From NCBI GenBank assembly GCA_018648805.1, contig JABGQM010000013.1, positions 20,067 to 84,066 on the forward strand: a stretch of DNA of 64,000 bases. Direction: 5' to 3'. The translations under genes were made by a program, and so were the position numbers. The notes beneath the pieces are model-generated. The model was not told where the DNA came from. It searched no databases and worked only from the letters and a program-made list of their open reading frames with translations. Positions 1 to 8,618 of this stretch are shown piece after piece (the first letter of the stretch is position 1; every line of letters starts with the position of its first letter). The stretch comes from Verrucomicrobiota bacterium (lineage in GTDB: Bacteria; Verrucomicrobiota; Kiritimatiellia; UBA8416; JABMPJ01).

Positions 1-1306
1 CTTCCATGCTCTGCGCGCCCGCGTCAAGCCAGGCCTGGTAGTAGTCGCGGTCAAGTAGCTTCGGCATCCAGAGCTCTTGGCGGAAGTGCTCAAAGGTGTG
101 CATGGTATCGACGAAAGTGCCACCGGGGCCGACCTCCTCGATCACATCCAGCCCCAGCGCTTCATCGGAGAAACTGACCTCGCGCATGGTGGATTCGACA
201 TAGCCGATGATCTCGTTCTGCAGCATCAGCATGTCGAGCGAGGTGGCCTGGTCCACGCCACAGATCCCCATATGTCCGAAGATATCCGCGCCGGCCGCTG
301 CGCCCAACGCCAGTGTGATGCCGGCTTCGATACCGGCCTGCGCATCCGGCCGCTTGGAATCAGTCAGTCCGACGTTGATATAGACGGGCAGGCCGTAGTG
401 CTTGCCCATCTGCGTCATCGCCACGCCGAAGATGGCCTGCTCCGGCCCGCAGAAAATCATCTGGGTCGTGCGCATGTCGAAGGCATGGCAGATGCCGCCG
501 TAGCAGACCGGCATGCCCGGCTTCACCAACTGCGTGATGCAGACGCCGGCCAGGATTTCGGCATTCTCAACCGCCAACGTCCCGGCAACGGTGCAGGGCG
601 CGGAGAGCCCCATCTGCGCCATCGGCCCGATCGGCACCGGCAGGTTGAGGCGTGCGGTTTCGTAGAGCAGATCTATGCCCTCGAACGGGAAACGCAGGGG
701 GGTGATCGGCTCCAGGAAGGGATAGCACAGCGGAAACTCCTCCGCCGCTTTCTCGCTGCCCCGCAGCGCAATGAGGATCTCGTTGATGTAGGCGGCCGAA
801 GCGCGATCGTGATACCAGAACGTGATGGGTTTGGTCGTGTTGCGCAGCATCGTGGCGCATACCTCGACGCAGCGGTAACCCACCGGCGTCTCGTGCGGAT
901 CGGCCATCGAGCCGGGAATGTTGATGTTAGGCAGTGCGTCGGCAAACCGGGCGGCCGTGGCCACATCCGCCATGGAGGGAAAGCGGCGTTGCGCGCCGAT
1001 CTCGTCCAGCCACTGTGCTTCACCGGCAATGCTGTTGTAGTTGCGCTTGCCTTGCCCGAAGGCGGCGGTCTGGTTCATGTCGCGCCCGTAGAGCGTGAAC
1101 TGTTTGCCGGCCGATGCAATCGAACGGGCTACGAGGTCCGCAGGAATACGTACACGCTGTTCGGCGCGATCAACCGTCGCCCCGGCATCCTCGAAGCGGT
1201 TGAGCATATCCTCGTGCGGGATGACAACCCCGGTCTTCTCAAGGATGCGTAGGGAGGCGGTGTTGATCCGTGCGATCTGATCGTTTGATAGTACGTGTGA
1301 CTGCAT
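1..1306 (-). CDS. MttB-superfamily methyltransferase (trimethylamine/quaternary-amine:corrinoid methyltransferase family), apparently non-pyrrolysine type; C-terminus runs off the window edge
   Basis: The minus-strand frame has ATG at 1306-1304 (MQSHVLSNDQIARINTASLRILEKTGVVIPHEDML...) and stays open to position 1, so it is absent from the complete-ORF track. It contains MttB-like blocks NAEILAGVCITQLVKPGMPVCYGG and GPEQAIFGVAMTQMGKHYGLPVY. No in-frame TAG is seen in the visible ~435 codons. The + ORF 77..1252 is its antisense shadow. Confidence 0.6.
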   Translation of the reverse strand, partial: MQSHVLSNDQIARINTASLRILEKTGVVIPHEDMLNRFEDAGATVDRAEQRVRIPADLVARSIASAGKQFTLYGRDMNQTAAFGQGKRNYNSIAGEAQWLDEIGAQRRFPSMADVATAARFADALPNINIPGSMADPHETPVGYRCVEVCATMLRNTTKPITFWYHDRASAAYINEILIALRGSEKAAEEFPLCYPFLEPITPLRFPFEGIDLLYETARLNLPVPIGPMAQMGLSAPCTVAGTLAVENAEILAGVCITQLVKPGMPVCYGGICHAFDMRTTQMIFCGPEQAIFGVAMTQMGKHYGLPVYINVGLTDSKRPDAQAGIEAGITLALGAAAGADIFGHMGICGVDQATSLDMLMLQNEIIGYVESTMREVSFSDEALGLDVIEEVGPGGTFVDTMHTFEHFRQELWMPKLLDRDYYQAWLDAGAQSME

Positions 1307-1318
1307 AAGAAAACTCCT

Positions 1319-1840
1319 TTAGAATTTAAGCCCAACGAGGTGCACATCACCAGCGGGCCAACATCTGTCTGCTATCTGTTTCACCATCCCTTTGACCGGC
1401 TTCCAGCCGTCACCCTTCTCATTCGTGTAGAGGTTATCTGCCTCAACGTACCCGCTGGACCCATAGACCTTGGGGTTGCCAAAAAGTATCGAGAACGCAT
1501 AGTCATGCTCCACGAGCCAGCCATGCACGCACTCGAGCAGCGCCCTGACGTATCCCCTGCCCCGGCAGTCAGGGAGCACGCACACTTCACAGATGCCGGC
1601 AATTGGAAAGGCCTCGCCTTCGGCCTCAACGCTCTTCTCATGTATGCCCACATGTGCGACGAGTCTGCCCGCTTCGTTGCGCATGACCCAGCGGTGCTTA
1701 TAGGGCTCACGCCAATACCGTCGCGTCTTGAACACCTCGTCCCCCGGCTTGGTAAAGCAGGTCGACAGCAACTCGCGCAGCTCCGCGTCACCCGCGGCGT
1801 CGATGCTATCGTCTGACAGGTATGTGATGTCTGGACTCAT
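1319..1840 (-). CDS. GNAT-family N-acetyltransferase
   Basis: 173-aa ORF with an acetyl-CoA binding-type block ICEVCVLPDCRGRGYVRALLE (R-x-x-G-x-G/A pattern) and GNAT-like size. Confidence 0.55.
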   Translation of the reverse strand: MSPDITYLSDDSIDAAGDAELRELLSTCFTKPGDEVFKTRRYWREPYKHRWVMRNEAGRLVAHVGIHEKSVEAEGEAFPIAGICEVCVLPDCRGRGYVRALLECVHGWLVEHDYAFSILFGNPKVYGSSGYVEADNLYTNEKGDGWKPVKGMVKQIADRCWPAGDVHLVGLKF

Positions 1841-1879
1841 AGTTCGCCTCTTTCCCCCAGCGTAGAAGACAAAGTAGAA

Positions 1880-1972
1880 AGATTAGGTAGATAGACAAAG
1901 TCTCGGCTGCGGCACTCCCTCTTACTCAATCTGTCTACCTAATCTATCTACTTAATCTATCTACTTAATCTC
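1880..1972. repeat. Intergenic repeat cluster: inverted copy AGATTAGGTAGATAGAC plus three tandem 13-bp units CTAC(C/T)TAATCTAT
   Basis: Read directly: 1880-1896 agattaggtagatagac, then 1936-1972 ctacctaatctat ctacttaatctat ctacttaatct. Located between the GNAT start and the GH4 stop. Confidence 0.6.
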
Positions 1973-2007
1973 TCCCTGCCATAGGACGGAACATATACAG
2001 TTGCCGT

Positions 2008-3381
2008 TCAGAACTGCGGCAGATACTGCTTCTGTGCCGCCAGCAACTCATCGGCCATCCGATAGGCCGTCTCGATCGATTTGACCGCGCCATCAACCAA
2101 CAACGCCTGCACAAACTTGTCGCGGCTGCCTTCCAGCGCGGCCTCAACCGTCAGTTCGGCCCACTGGAAGCGGCTCGCCAGTGTCCCCACCAGGGCGGCG
2201 GAGAGCGGTGCGGTCTGCCGCGTCTGCAGGCCAGCGGCACCGGCGCTCACAGGACACTCCACAATCACACCCTCTGGCAGATTCGGAATCTGCCCCCGGT
2301 TGGGCATGTTCGCATTGTACTCCCTGCCCGCATCATTGCGGATGCTCTCGACAATGTCGCACGCCTGCTCATGCTCGCCCGAGGCTTGTTCCATGAACGA
2401 CTCCGGCAGCGGGTCCGGCGATAGTGCCAGCGCCTTCATCTCGTCGAAGATCGACTGGCCTCCCTCGATACAACGCTCGAAGCTGTAGCAGTCGACCCCG
2501 AGGGTCTTGCCATAGTACCCCTTCTCCCCGCCAAACATCTGGGGGAAGAACTCGACCAGATGGCGGTCGCCCGGTGCCGGATAGGCGCCAAAGAGCTTGG
2601 TCAGCTCCCAGAGCAGCGGCCACCCCAGCGAGAGCTCCTGCTGCTCCTCGCTGTCGCCCGCTTCGGCGAAATAGAGTCCCAGCGAGTCGGCGTCAACCCC
2701 CTGCCCCAGCTTCTCCGCTGCCATCGAGACAAGCTGCGGCATGGCATTCTTGCCATCTACCATCACATCCGTGAACCAGGTGAAGTGGTTGAACCCGACT
2801 GCCGTGTACTGCAGCTGGTCACGCGTGGCACCCAACCGATTGGCAATGCCCTTGGCCATATCAAAGACACCATGGCACAGCCCGATCATCTCGATTCCCG
2901 TCGCCTTTCGGACCCCACGGCAGATTGCAGTCATCGGATTGGAGTAATTGAAGAAGAGTGCGCTCGGAGCGAGTGCCGCCACATCCCTGGCAATGTCCAC
3001 CATTGCTGGAATCATACGCAGCGCACGAGAGGTGCCGCCGGGCATCACACTATCGCCCACCGGCTGGTAGATGCCGTAGGTGCGCGGAATCAGCACATCC
3101 TGCACCCAGGCATCGCGACCACCCACACCAATGGTCGTCATCACCACGGTCGCACCGGGCAGCACATCGCGGCGATCAACCGAGGCACTCAGCTTCAGGT
3201 TGGAACCGGTGGCCTCAAACATCTTGCGGGTCATTTTCTCCGCGACTTCCAGCGCCCCCGGATCGATATCCACCAGCGCAATCTCGCCCTCCCAGCCCAG
3301 CCGCAAGACATCCGCCACCAACCCGCGCGTAAACATCGCGCTGCCGGCGCCAATCAGAACCACTTTTTCGTTCATCTCCAT
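2008..3381 (-). CDS. Glycoside hydrolase family 4 (NAD-dependent alpha-glucosidase/alpha-galactosidase/6-phospho-glycosidase type)
   Basis: N-terminal Rossmann block VVLIGAGSAMFTRGL, then NYSNPMTAICRGV and GLCHGVFD blocks typical of GH4. 457 aa. Confidence 0.7.
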   Translation of the reverse strand: MEMNEKVVLIGAGSAMFTRGLVADVLRLGWEGEIALVDIDPGALEVAEKMTRKMFEATGSNLKLSASVDRRDVLPGATVVMTTIGVGGRDAWVQDVLIPRTYGIYQPVGDSVMPGGTSRALRMIPAMVDIARDVAALAPSALFFNYSNPMTAICRGVRKATGIEMIGLCHGVFDMAKGIANRLGATRDQLQYTAVGFNHFTWFTDVMVDGKNAMPQLVSMAAEKLGQGVDADSLGLYFAEAGDSEEQQELSLGWPLLWELTKLFGAYPAPGDRHLVEFFPQMFGGEKGYYGKTLGVDCYSFERCIEGGQSIFDEMKALALSPDPLPESFMEQASGEHEQACDIVESIRNDAGREYNANMPNRGQIPNLPEGVIVECPVSAGAAGLQTRQTAPLSAALVGTLASRFQWAELTVEAALEGSRDKFVQALLVDGAVKSIETAYRMADELLAAQKQYLPQF

Positions 3382-3454
3382 CTCCTTGACTATATCAAAA
3401 GTCGTTGTCAGCTATCTCCCGCGAATGGGGCAATGACCCGAGCACCACCTCCGG

Positions 3455-3526
3455 GGCCTCGCGCTCGGCGAGCGCGGGCTACATCAGACCCCTTCTCTGT
3501 AGCCCGCTCTCGCCGAGAGCGAGGCC
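3455..3526. repeat. REP-like palindromic element copy 1 (intergenic, GH4 / PDZ-protein)
   Basis: ggcctcgcgctcggcgagcgcgggctac - 17 nt - gtagcccgctctcgccgagagcgaggcc. The arms are near-perfect reverse complements. Confidence 0.85.
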
Positions 3527-3620
3527 GGACGGCAAGCATCGCCCTGCACGTCCCTCTTCTGAATTCGGCACTTGGGTATTTCAGATTTCCTTGGGTGTTT
3601 GGGTGATTGGCATCCATCCT

Positions 3621-6600
3621 CTACCGCTTCAGCACGAACCAGGGGCTGTTCCAGGTGCGGGGATGCTTGTAGTGCTGGCGCTCGTGGTAGAAGGTGAAGC
3701 CGCCGGTTTCGATGAAGAGATACGCCTCGCCATCGATCGTCCTGGTCTTCATCTTCAGGGCTCCCGCCTCCCGGCCCGAAATCTGCATCAGCGTGTCACC
3801 GGACCAGTACCGCTCAGAGCTATCGGTAAAGCCATTCTCCTTCAACGTGATGCTGCGGTAGCGCGGCAGCGCGGGGTCGACCTCCGCGCCCGGCTTGAAG
3901 TCGTCGATCTTCGCTACCTTCCCGATCGGCTTCCAGCTGCCGAGCACACTCTCGTTGGCAACGAACGTGCCATCGAAGCGGAAGAGTCCCTCCTCTGTGC
4001 TGAGCTCGCCCTCATCGGAATCCTGATCCTGCTGCCACTCGCTCGACTGCAGGGAAATGAACTTCAGCCCATCCCACGCCAGCTCATCACTGACCGGCGG
4101 ATTCTTCATCTCCTCCAGCCAAACATTGAGAAAGCCATGAATATTCCCGGTTCGATGATGCTTGTTCAAATGGCAGATGGCAGAGAGCGTCACGTCCTGC
4201 CCCTGGAAGGATGCCATCATGCTCTTGGAGATCAACGCCCCTCGTGCGCGGCCGCCTTGCCCTCGTCTCGGAGCAGCTCTGCCACTGGCTATCTGCTTGC
4301 CGTTTATAGAGACTGTCGGGCCATTTCCAAGACCAACGTGCGAACGCCCCCCAAAGAGGATCCGATAGCTATACCCCTCCCTCATCGGCGGGAACGTGAA
4401 TGTCCCGCGGATCATGAGGACCTCCTTCTCCCAGAGCGTATTGACCTGATCTCCACATCGGCAGACTGGATTATTGCAGCCGATGAACCTGTTAGCGTCT
4501 CCCTCGCCTTGCGCCCGGCCATCAACCTGTCCGAATGGTGCAAGCCCCTTCTTCCAGCCAGCCGACACTGGATCGAACTCCGACGAATTCCACCTATCCA
4601 TGCCCTTGGGCATCGTCATCTTGCGTGAGCGATTACCGCGCGGCACCCACTCCAGCTTCTCGGGTGGATCGAAACTGTAGTAATGCCACTTCATTGCACT
4701 TCGATCCGGCCCAAAGTTCTGCCACTCGTAATCGGTAACACCCGCCTTGCGGTAGAGCGACGAGAGATCGGTCAGACGACAGTGGGCACTGCCCCCCTTG
4801 GTCAACTCACTGCGGAGCGTGCCGAGATTACGAGAAACAAACTCAGGCACCAACTGCTCAAGCACGATCGGTTTGAGTGCCGCCTTCACATCGGGTGAAA
4901 AGCTGGCGTAGTCGGCCCAGAGATACTTCTGCTTATAGGGAAGGATCTCTTCCGGGTGCCGGGCCTTGGCCACCTGATAGAGGGCGCTGAAACCACCCGG
5001 TGCGCTCACGAGTTGGTAGGCAATAGTCCTAAGCGAAACAGGGACGACATACTTCTTCATGTCCCCCTTCAGCTGATCCGCAGCGGCATCACCGGCGGGC
5101 GGCTGCAAATCGGCAGGGAAATCAGTGTAGGACTTGCTGAGCATGACAACCGCAGCTGCCTGCACCTTGGGGCTGGCGGTCGCGAGGCGCTTGGTGAGGC
5201 CACCGATCGGACCGGTCGCAGGACAGTTGACGTTGTTGACCACCATGTCACCAATCTTCGGCAGGATTCTGGCGTAGGTGGCATCATCCACCGCCAGGGG
5301 TGCGAGGGCCTGCAGCGCCGCATGCTGCAGCCACCACTCCTCATGACCAAGGAAGTAGAGCAGGCGATCCAAGTGCGGTGCCGTCTTCTCCTTGGGAAGC
5401 ACACTCATCACCCGCAGCGCATTTTCCACGCACCACCATGACGCTTCGGGATCATTGACCATGGCGATCACCAGGCCCACCATCTCGTCGGTCAGCCTCT
5501 CGGCCGGCAACACATGCGTGCCCTTATGTACCGAGTGAATCACCGAGAGCGCGGCCCGTCGTACCCGGGCGTCCTTGTGTTTGAGCATGGCGACGATCTT
5601 CTCATCCTGCTCATTACGCTTCACATAGCCCGCCCCAACCTCTCGGCGCATCTCATGGTCCGGGTGTAGGCAGTACTGCAGCCCAAGTGCTTTCGTATCC
5701 TCTGTGGCCCGGAAGAGCCGTTCAACACCATTGATAGGACCACCCTCGATACTGTCGTCGAATGCTGGAATCCTGCCGTCGGCGTCGACCGCCGGCGTGA
5801 TCTCGCAGAAATCATCATCCGCCGCCGTACCCCAGGGGCGCTCCGGAAGGGCGTAAGGCTTGGACCACTTGCCGCGCGGCGCGCCCGACAAGCGCAGCGT
5901 CTTGCGGGGGATCGTGTACTGCAGCGCCATCATCTGCCCCCAGGTGGAAGGGGTGTCGTAGCGGCTGGTACCATTGAGGATGCCAAAGGAACCATTGAAA
6001 CGACGGCTCATCTCGAGATGCCAGAGGCGGCCATCCATGAAGGCGCGGTATTTGGCGGGTTCTTTCTCGTAGAGGAAGCCCATCGCAGGGCCACGCCACA
6101 CCTCACCAATGCCGCCGCCGGTGTGTCCGGTGAGCATGTAGTTGGTGCCGTAGAAGCCGCGCAGGGCGCTGACATCCCGCGCCCTGGCATAGACCGACTG
6201 CTCACCTCTGGGGGTGAGTGCCGCGGCCGCCGCCATGGTAAAGGCCAGCGCACCGGTCTTGCCGTTGTCGATGAAGTAGGTCTCGGGAAAGCCGTCGCCA
6301 TAGGGCACGCTGCCCTTGCCGGCAAAGCGATAGAACTGCCTGAGCGACTCCAGCATGATGGACTCGTTCACCTCGACGCCGCACTCCTTGGCCAGCATCA
6401 GAAAGGTAGGCCCGTGAATACCGGCCGCATTCATGTGTCCGCCAACCATGTAACCAAAGACCAAGCCGCCCCGACCGCTCCAGGCGCCGTTGAACATCGT
6501 CCCCTCCACGTGCCTGACCAGTTTCTGGATTACAGGGAGAATGCTCTTGTCGCCCGTGCGTAGGTAATACTCGGCCAGGGGAATGGCGGCCGAGCCGAAG

Positions 6601-7280
6601 ACCCACGGTTTGAGGAGGATCTTCTCTTCATGCTTGTACTGTTCGACCACCCGCTTGATCCAGCCACGCACATGTTCCAGATCGCTCTCGTCGCCAGTGG
6701 AGAGAAGGAACAGCATGCCGAACCCATTCAGGGACTTCCATCCCTGCGTATCGAGATCGTAGCCACCCTCGGTCTTCACCCAGTGGGCCATGTTGCGGAC
6801 GATCTTGTCCGACTTCTTGCAGTTGAGCGGCCATGTCTTGCTGTAGGCGCCGAGTACAGGTAGCTGCACAACCACCTCTTCCGCCTCCTCGGCCGCTTTG
6901 ATCATCAGCTTGATCTTACCGTCCGTCGCCTCGGCCGCCGCAATGATCCTGGCCAACTGGATGCGCGGATCAATGTCCTTGAGCACCTGACCGTTGATCG
7001 ACTCGATCCTTTGGCCGGTCACGAGCTTGCCGGTCGCTTCTGCAGGGGAGCCTTCCTCGATCTTACCCACGTACATCTGATACGGCGGCAGGCGCAATTC
7101 GAGGCTCATTCCCACGGGACCAAAGCGGTCGATGCTTTGGCTGGCCGACGTCTCATTCGGATGCCAGAAATTGAACAGGTTGGGCTGCTTATAGAAGGAC
7201 TCCGCCATCGCATGGCTGCCCACCCCGACCCACAACGCTGCCATCATCCCTATCATCCGCATCATCAGTTGCCGCTTCAT
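3621..7280 (-). CDS. Large secreted PDZ-domain protein with alpha/alpha-toroid-like central region, HEAT-like repeats and Cys-rich C-terminal region (paralog 1 of 3)
   Basis: ORF 3621..7310; the probable start is the internal Met MKRQLMMRMIGMMAALWVGVGSHAMA (signal peptide). PDZ-like block GKIEEGSPAEATGKLVTGQRIESINGQVL. Blocks shared with 12695..15121 and 49813..51573: AYSKTWPLNCKKSDKIV, EYYLRTGDKS, TGHTGGGIGEVWR, SFGI, TPRKTLRLSGAPR. Confidence 0.6.
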   Translation of the reverse strand: MKRQLMMRMIGMMAALWVGVGSHAMAESFYKQPNLFNFWHPNETSASQSIDRFGPVGMSLELRLPPYQMYVGKIEEGSPAEATGKLVTGQRIESINGQVLKDIDPRIQLARIIAAAEATDGKIKLMIKAAEEAEEVVVQLPVLGAYSKTWPLNCKKSDKIVRNMAHWVKTEGGYDLDTQGWKSLNGFGMLFLLSTGDESDLEHVRGWIKRVVEQYKHEEKILLKPWVFGSAAIPLAEYYLRTGDKSILPVIQKLVRHVEGTMFNGAWSGRGGLVFGYMVGGHMNAAGIHGPTFLMLAKECGVEVNESIMLESLRQFYRFAGKGSVPYGDGFPETYFIDNGKTGALAFTMAAAAALTPRGEQSVYARARDVSALRGFYGTNYMLTGHTGGGIGEVWRGPAMGFLYEKEPAKYRAFMDGRLWHLEMSRRFNGSFGILNGTSRYDTPSTWGQMMALQYTIPRKTLRLSGAPRGKWSKPYALPERPWGTAADDDFCEITPAVDADGRIPAFDDSIEGGPINGVERLFRATEDTKALGLQYCLHPDHEMRREVGAGYVKRNEQDEKIVAMLKHKDARVRRAALSVIHSVHKGTHVLPAERLTDEMVGLVIAMVNDPEASWWCVENALRVMSVLPKEKTAPHLDRLLYFLGHEEWWLQHAALQALAPLAVDDATYARILPKIGDMVVNNVNCPATGPIGGLTKRLATASPKVQAAAVVMLSKSYTDFPADLQPPAGDAAADQLKGDMKKYVVPVSLRTIAYQLVSAPGGFSALYQVAKARHPEEILPYKQKYLWADYASFSPDVKAALKPIVLEQLVPEFVSRNLGTLRSELTKGGSAHCRLTDLSSLYRKAGVTDYEWQNFGPDRSAMKWHYYSFDPPEKLEWVPRGNRSRKMTMPKGMDRWNSSEFDPVSAGWKKGLAPFGQVDGRAQGEGDANRFIGCNNPVCRCGDQVNTLWEKEVLMIRGTFTFPPMREGYSYRILFGGRSHVGLGNGPTVSINGKQIASGRAAPRRGQGGRARGALISKSMMASFQGQDVTLSAICHLNKHHRTGNIHGFLNVWLEEMKNPPVSDELAWDGLKFISLQSSEWQQDQDSDEGELSTEEGLFRFDGTFVANESVLGSWKPIGKVAKIDDFKPGAEVDPALPRYRSITLKENGFTDSSERYWSGDTLMQISGREAGALKMKTRTIDGEAYLFIETGGFTFYHERQHYKHPRTWNSPWFVLKR

Positions 7281-7443
7281 AAGCTCCAACCTTCCATTAT
7301 CGCCCCACATCTCCGCGCGACCAAATCCTCACACCCCTTTGGGATAATCCCCGACGGCCCATCATTATAGTTACCTCGCATCTAAAAAAAGAAGGGTGAC
7401 ATTGCGACGGTCATCATGTCATTTCGCGACAACTAGTAGACGT

Positions 7444-8559
7444 CTACACAAAGACATTACGCACGGCCTGCAAATAGCGATAGCCCCAGCGCATATCGGG
7501 CAGCAGGTAGCTGCCTTCAGTCCATTCGTTCCAGCTGTTGATGGTCATCAGCGGCGCCTGTTGCGGGCGCGCATCCACCCACGCCTTGGCTTTCCACAGA
7601 CAGGCCTCGAAGGCATCCGGCGTGGCGTTAAGGACGACCTTCTCCCCACCGAAACCGGGATTGCGGTGGGTATTATCCCAGCCAATGGAGACGTGGGGGT
7701 AGTAGGTGCCGTAGGTGTCTTCATACGTCGGCCAGTTGCCGATGGAGGCGTTGGCCCAACTCACGTAGTCGCCCGTCTGCCCGGCGTCCTGACAGAACTG
7801 ATAGCCGGTGGCACTATCAAAGGCGAGTGTACGCGCGACCGCCTCTTCGGTGCCGGCCTCGAGACTGGCACCGGCCTCAACCCCGGCACAGAGGCGGGCG
7901 ATGGCCTGAATATCCAGCCCGCCGAGCCCCTCCTCCTCGCATCGGCGGCGCATCCACGCGAAGGCATCGGCGGCTTCATCTGCGCCACCCAGTCCCTCTA
8001 CCAGATTGGGATAGGCGAAGATCGACAAGACCGGTTTGTCATCAATTCGGTAGTAGTTGTCGTGGCCGAGATACTTCTCAATGATGCGGTCGAACATCGG
8101 CTCAAGCACCTCACGCGAGACCTGCCCGCTCCAGAGTTGCTTACCATCGGGGCCATCGCCCCAGTAGGTGTCCTTGTGCATATTCCAGAGGGTATCCACA
8201 TCGTGGTTGGCCCACATCAGGAAGAACTTGCAATCTGTGCCCTCAATCGCCGGGAGCAGCCCCTCGTTAAGCTGGCGTTCGAAGCAGGGGGAATTCTCGT
8301 ACCAGTACCAGTCCACAATGAAGACGTTGACCCCATGGGCCATGGCCAACTCCACATGCTGGCGCATCACTTCCGGGTCGGCTTCATCCTGCCATCCGAG
8401 CAGTGGGATCCGTGGCTGGTCGTGCCCCTCAAAGCGCGGGGTCGCCCGCCGCACCGTATACCACTCGCCATCCTTCTCAGGCCAGAAGTGTTCGCAGCGG
8501 GGCTCATAGTGATAGGAGGGCCACATGTAGGCCGCCACGTCATAGTGTCTCTTTGTCAT
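7444..8559 (-). CDS. GH99-like / WbsX-like TIM-barrel glycoside hydrolase family protein
   Basis: N-terminal AAYMWPSYHYEP...EHFWPEKDGEW and C-terminal INSWNEWTEGSYLLPD blocks resemble the WbsX (GH99-like) family. 371 aa. Confidence 0.5.
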   Translation of the reverse strand: MTKRHYDVAAYMWPSYHYEPRCEHFWPEKDGEWYTVRRATPRFEGHDQPRIPLLGWQDEADPEVMRQHVELAMAHGVNVFIVDWYWYENSPCFERQLNEGLLPAIEGTDCKFFLMWANHDVDTLWNMHKDTYWGDGPDGKQLWSGQVSREVLEPMFDRIIEKYLGHDNYYRIDDKPVLSIFAYPNLVEGLGGADEAADAFAWMRRRCEEEGLGGLDIQAIARLCAGVEAGASLEAGTEEAVARTLAFDSATGYQFCQDAGQTGDYVSWANASIGNWPTYEDTYGTYYPHVSIGWDNTHRNPGFGGEKVVLNATPDAFEACLWKAKAWVDARPQQAPLMTINSWNEWTEGSYLLPDMRWGYRYLQAVRNVFV

Positions 8560-8618
8560 CGGGTTCCCTTTCCTCCAAAGTCGACGTCCGTCTCGAAACG
8601 GTGATCAGGTCAGCTTGC

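Noticed and set aside
77-1252. 391-aa + strand ORF (MAEVLKGVHG...) and many other long + strand ORFs (3405..4628, 7396..8604, 8403..10022, 22251..23546, 29937..30995, 48168..49673 and others)
   Set aside because: They are antisense shadows of well-supported minus-strand genes in high-GC DNA. Their composition is Arg/Gly/His-rich with no recognisable motifs, and the opposite strand carries clear family signatures.
7255-7325. Displayed sequence versus ORF-track disagreement: track translations (e.g. ...HPYHPHHQLPLHK... of 7011..7370 and ...QLMMRMIG... of 3621..7310) imply 2 extra bases (AT) at the 7260/7261 line junction and one fewer C at the 7320/7321 junction
   Set aside because: Treated as a display or transcription artefact rather than biology. 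Coordinates of features in about 7250-8600 may be off by 1-2 nt as a result.
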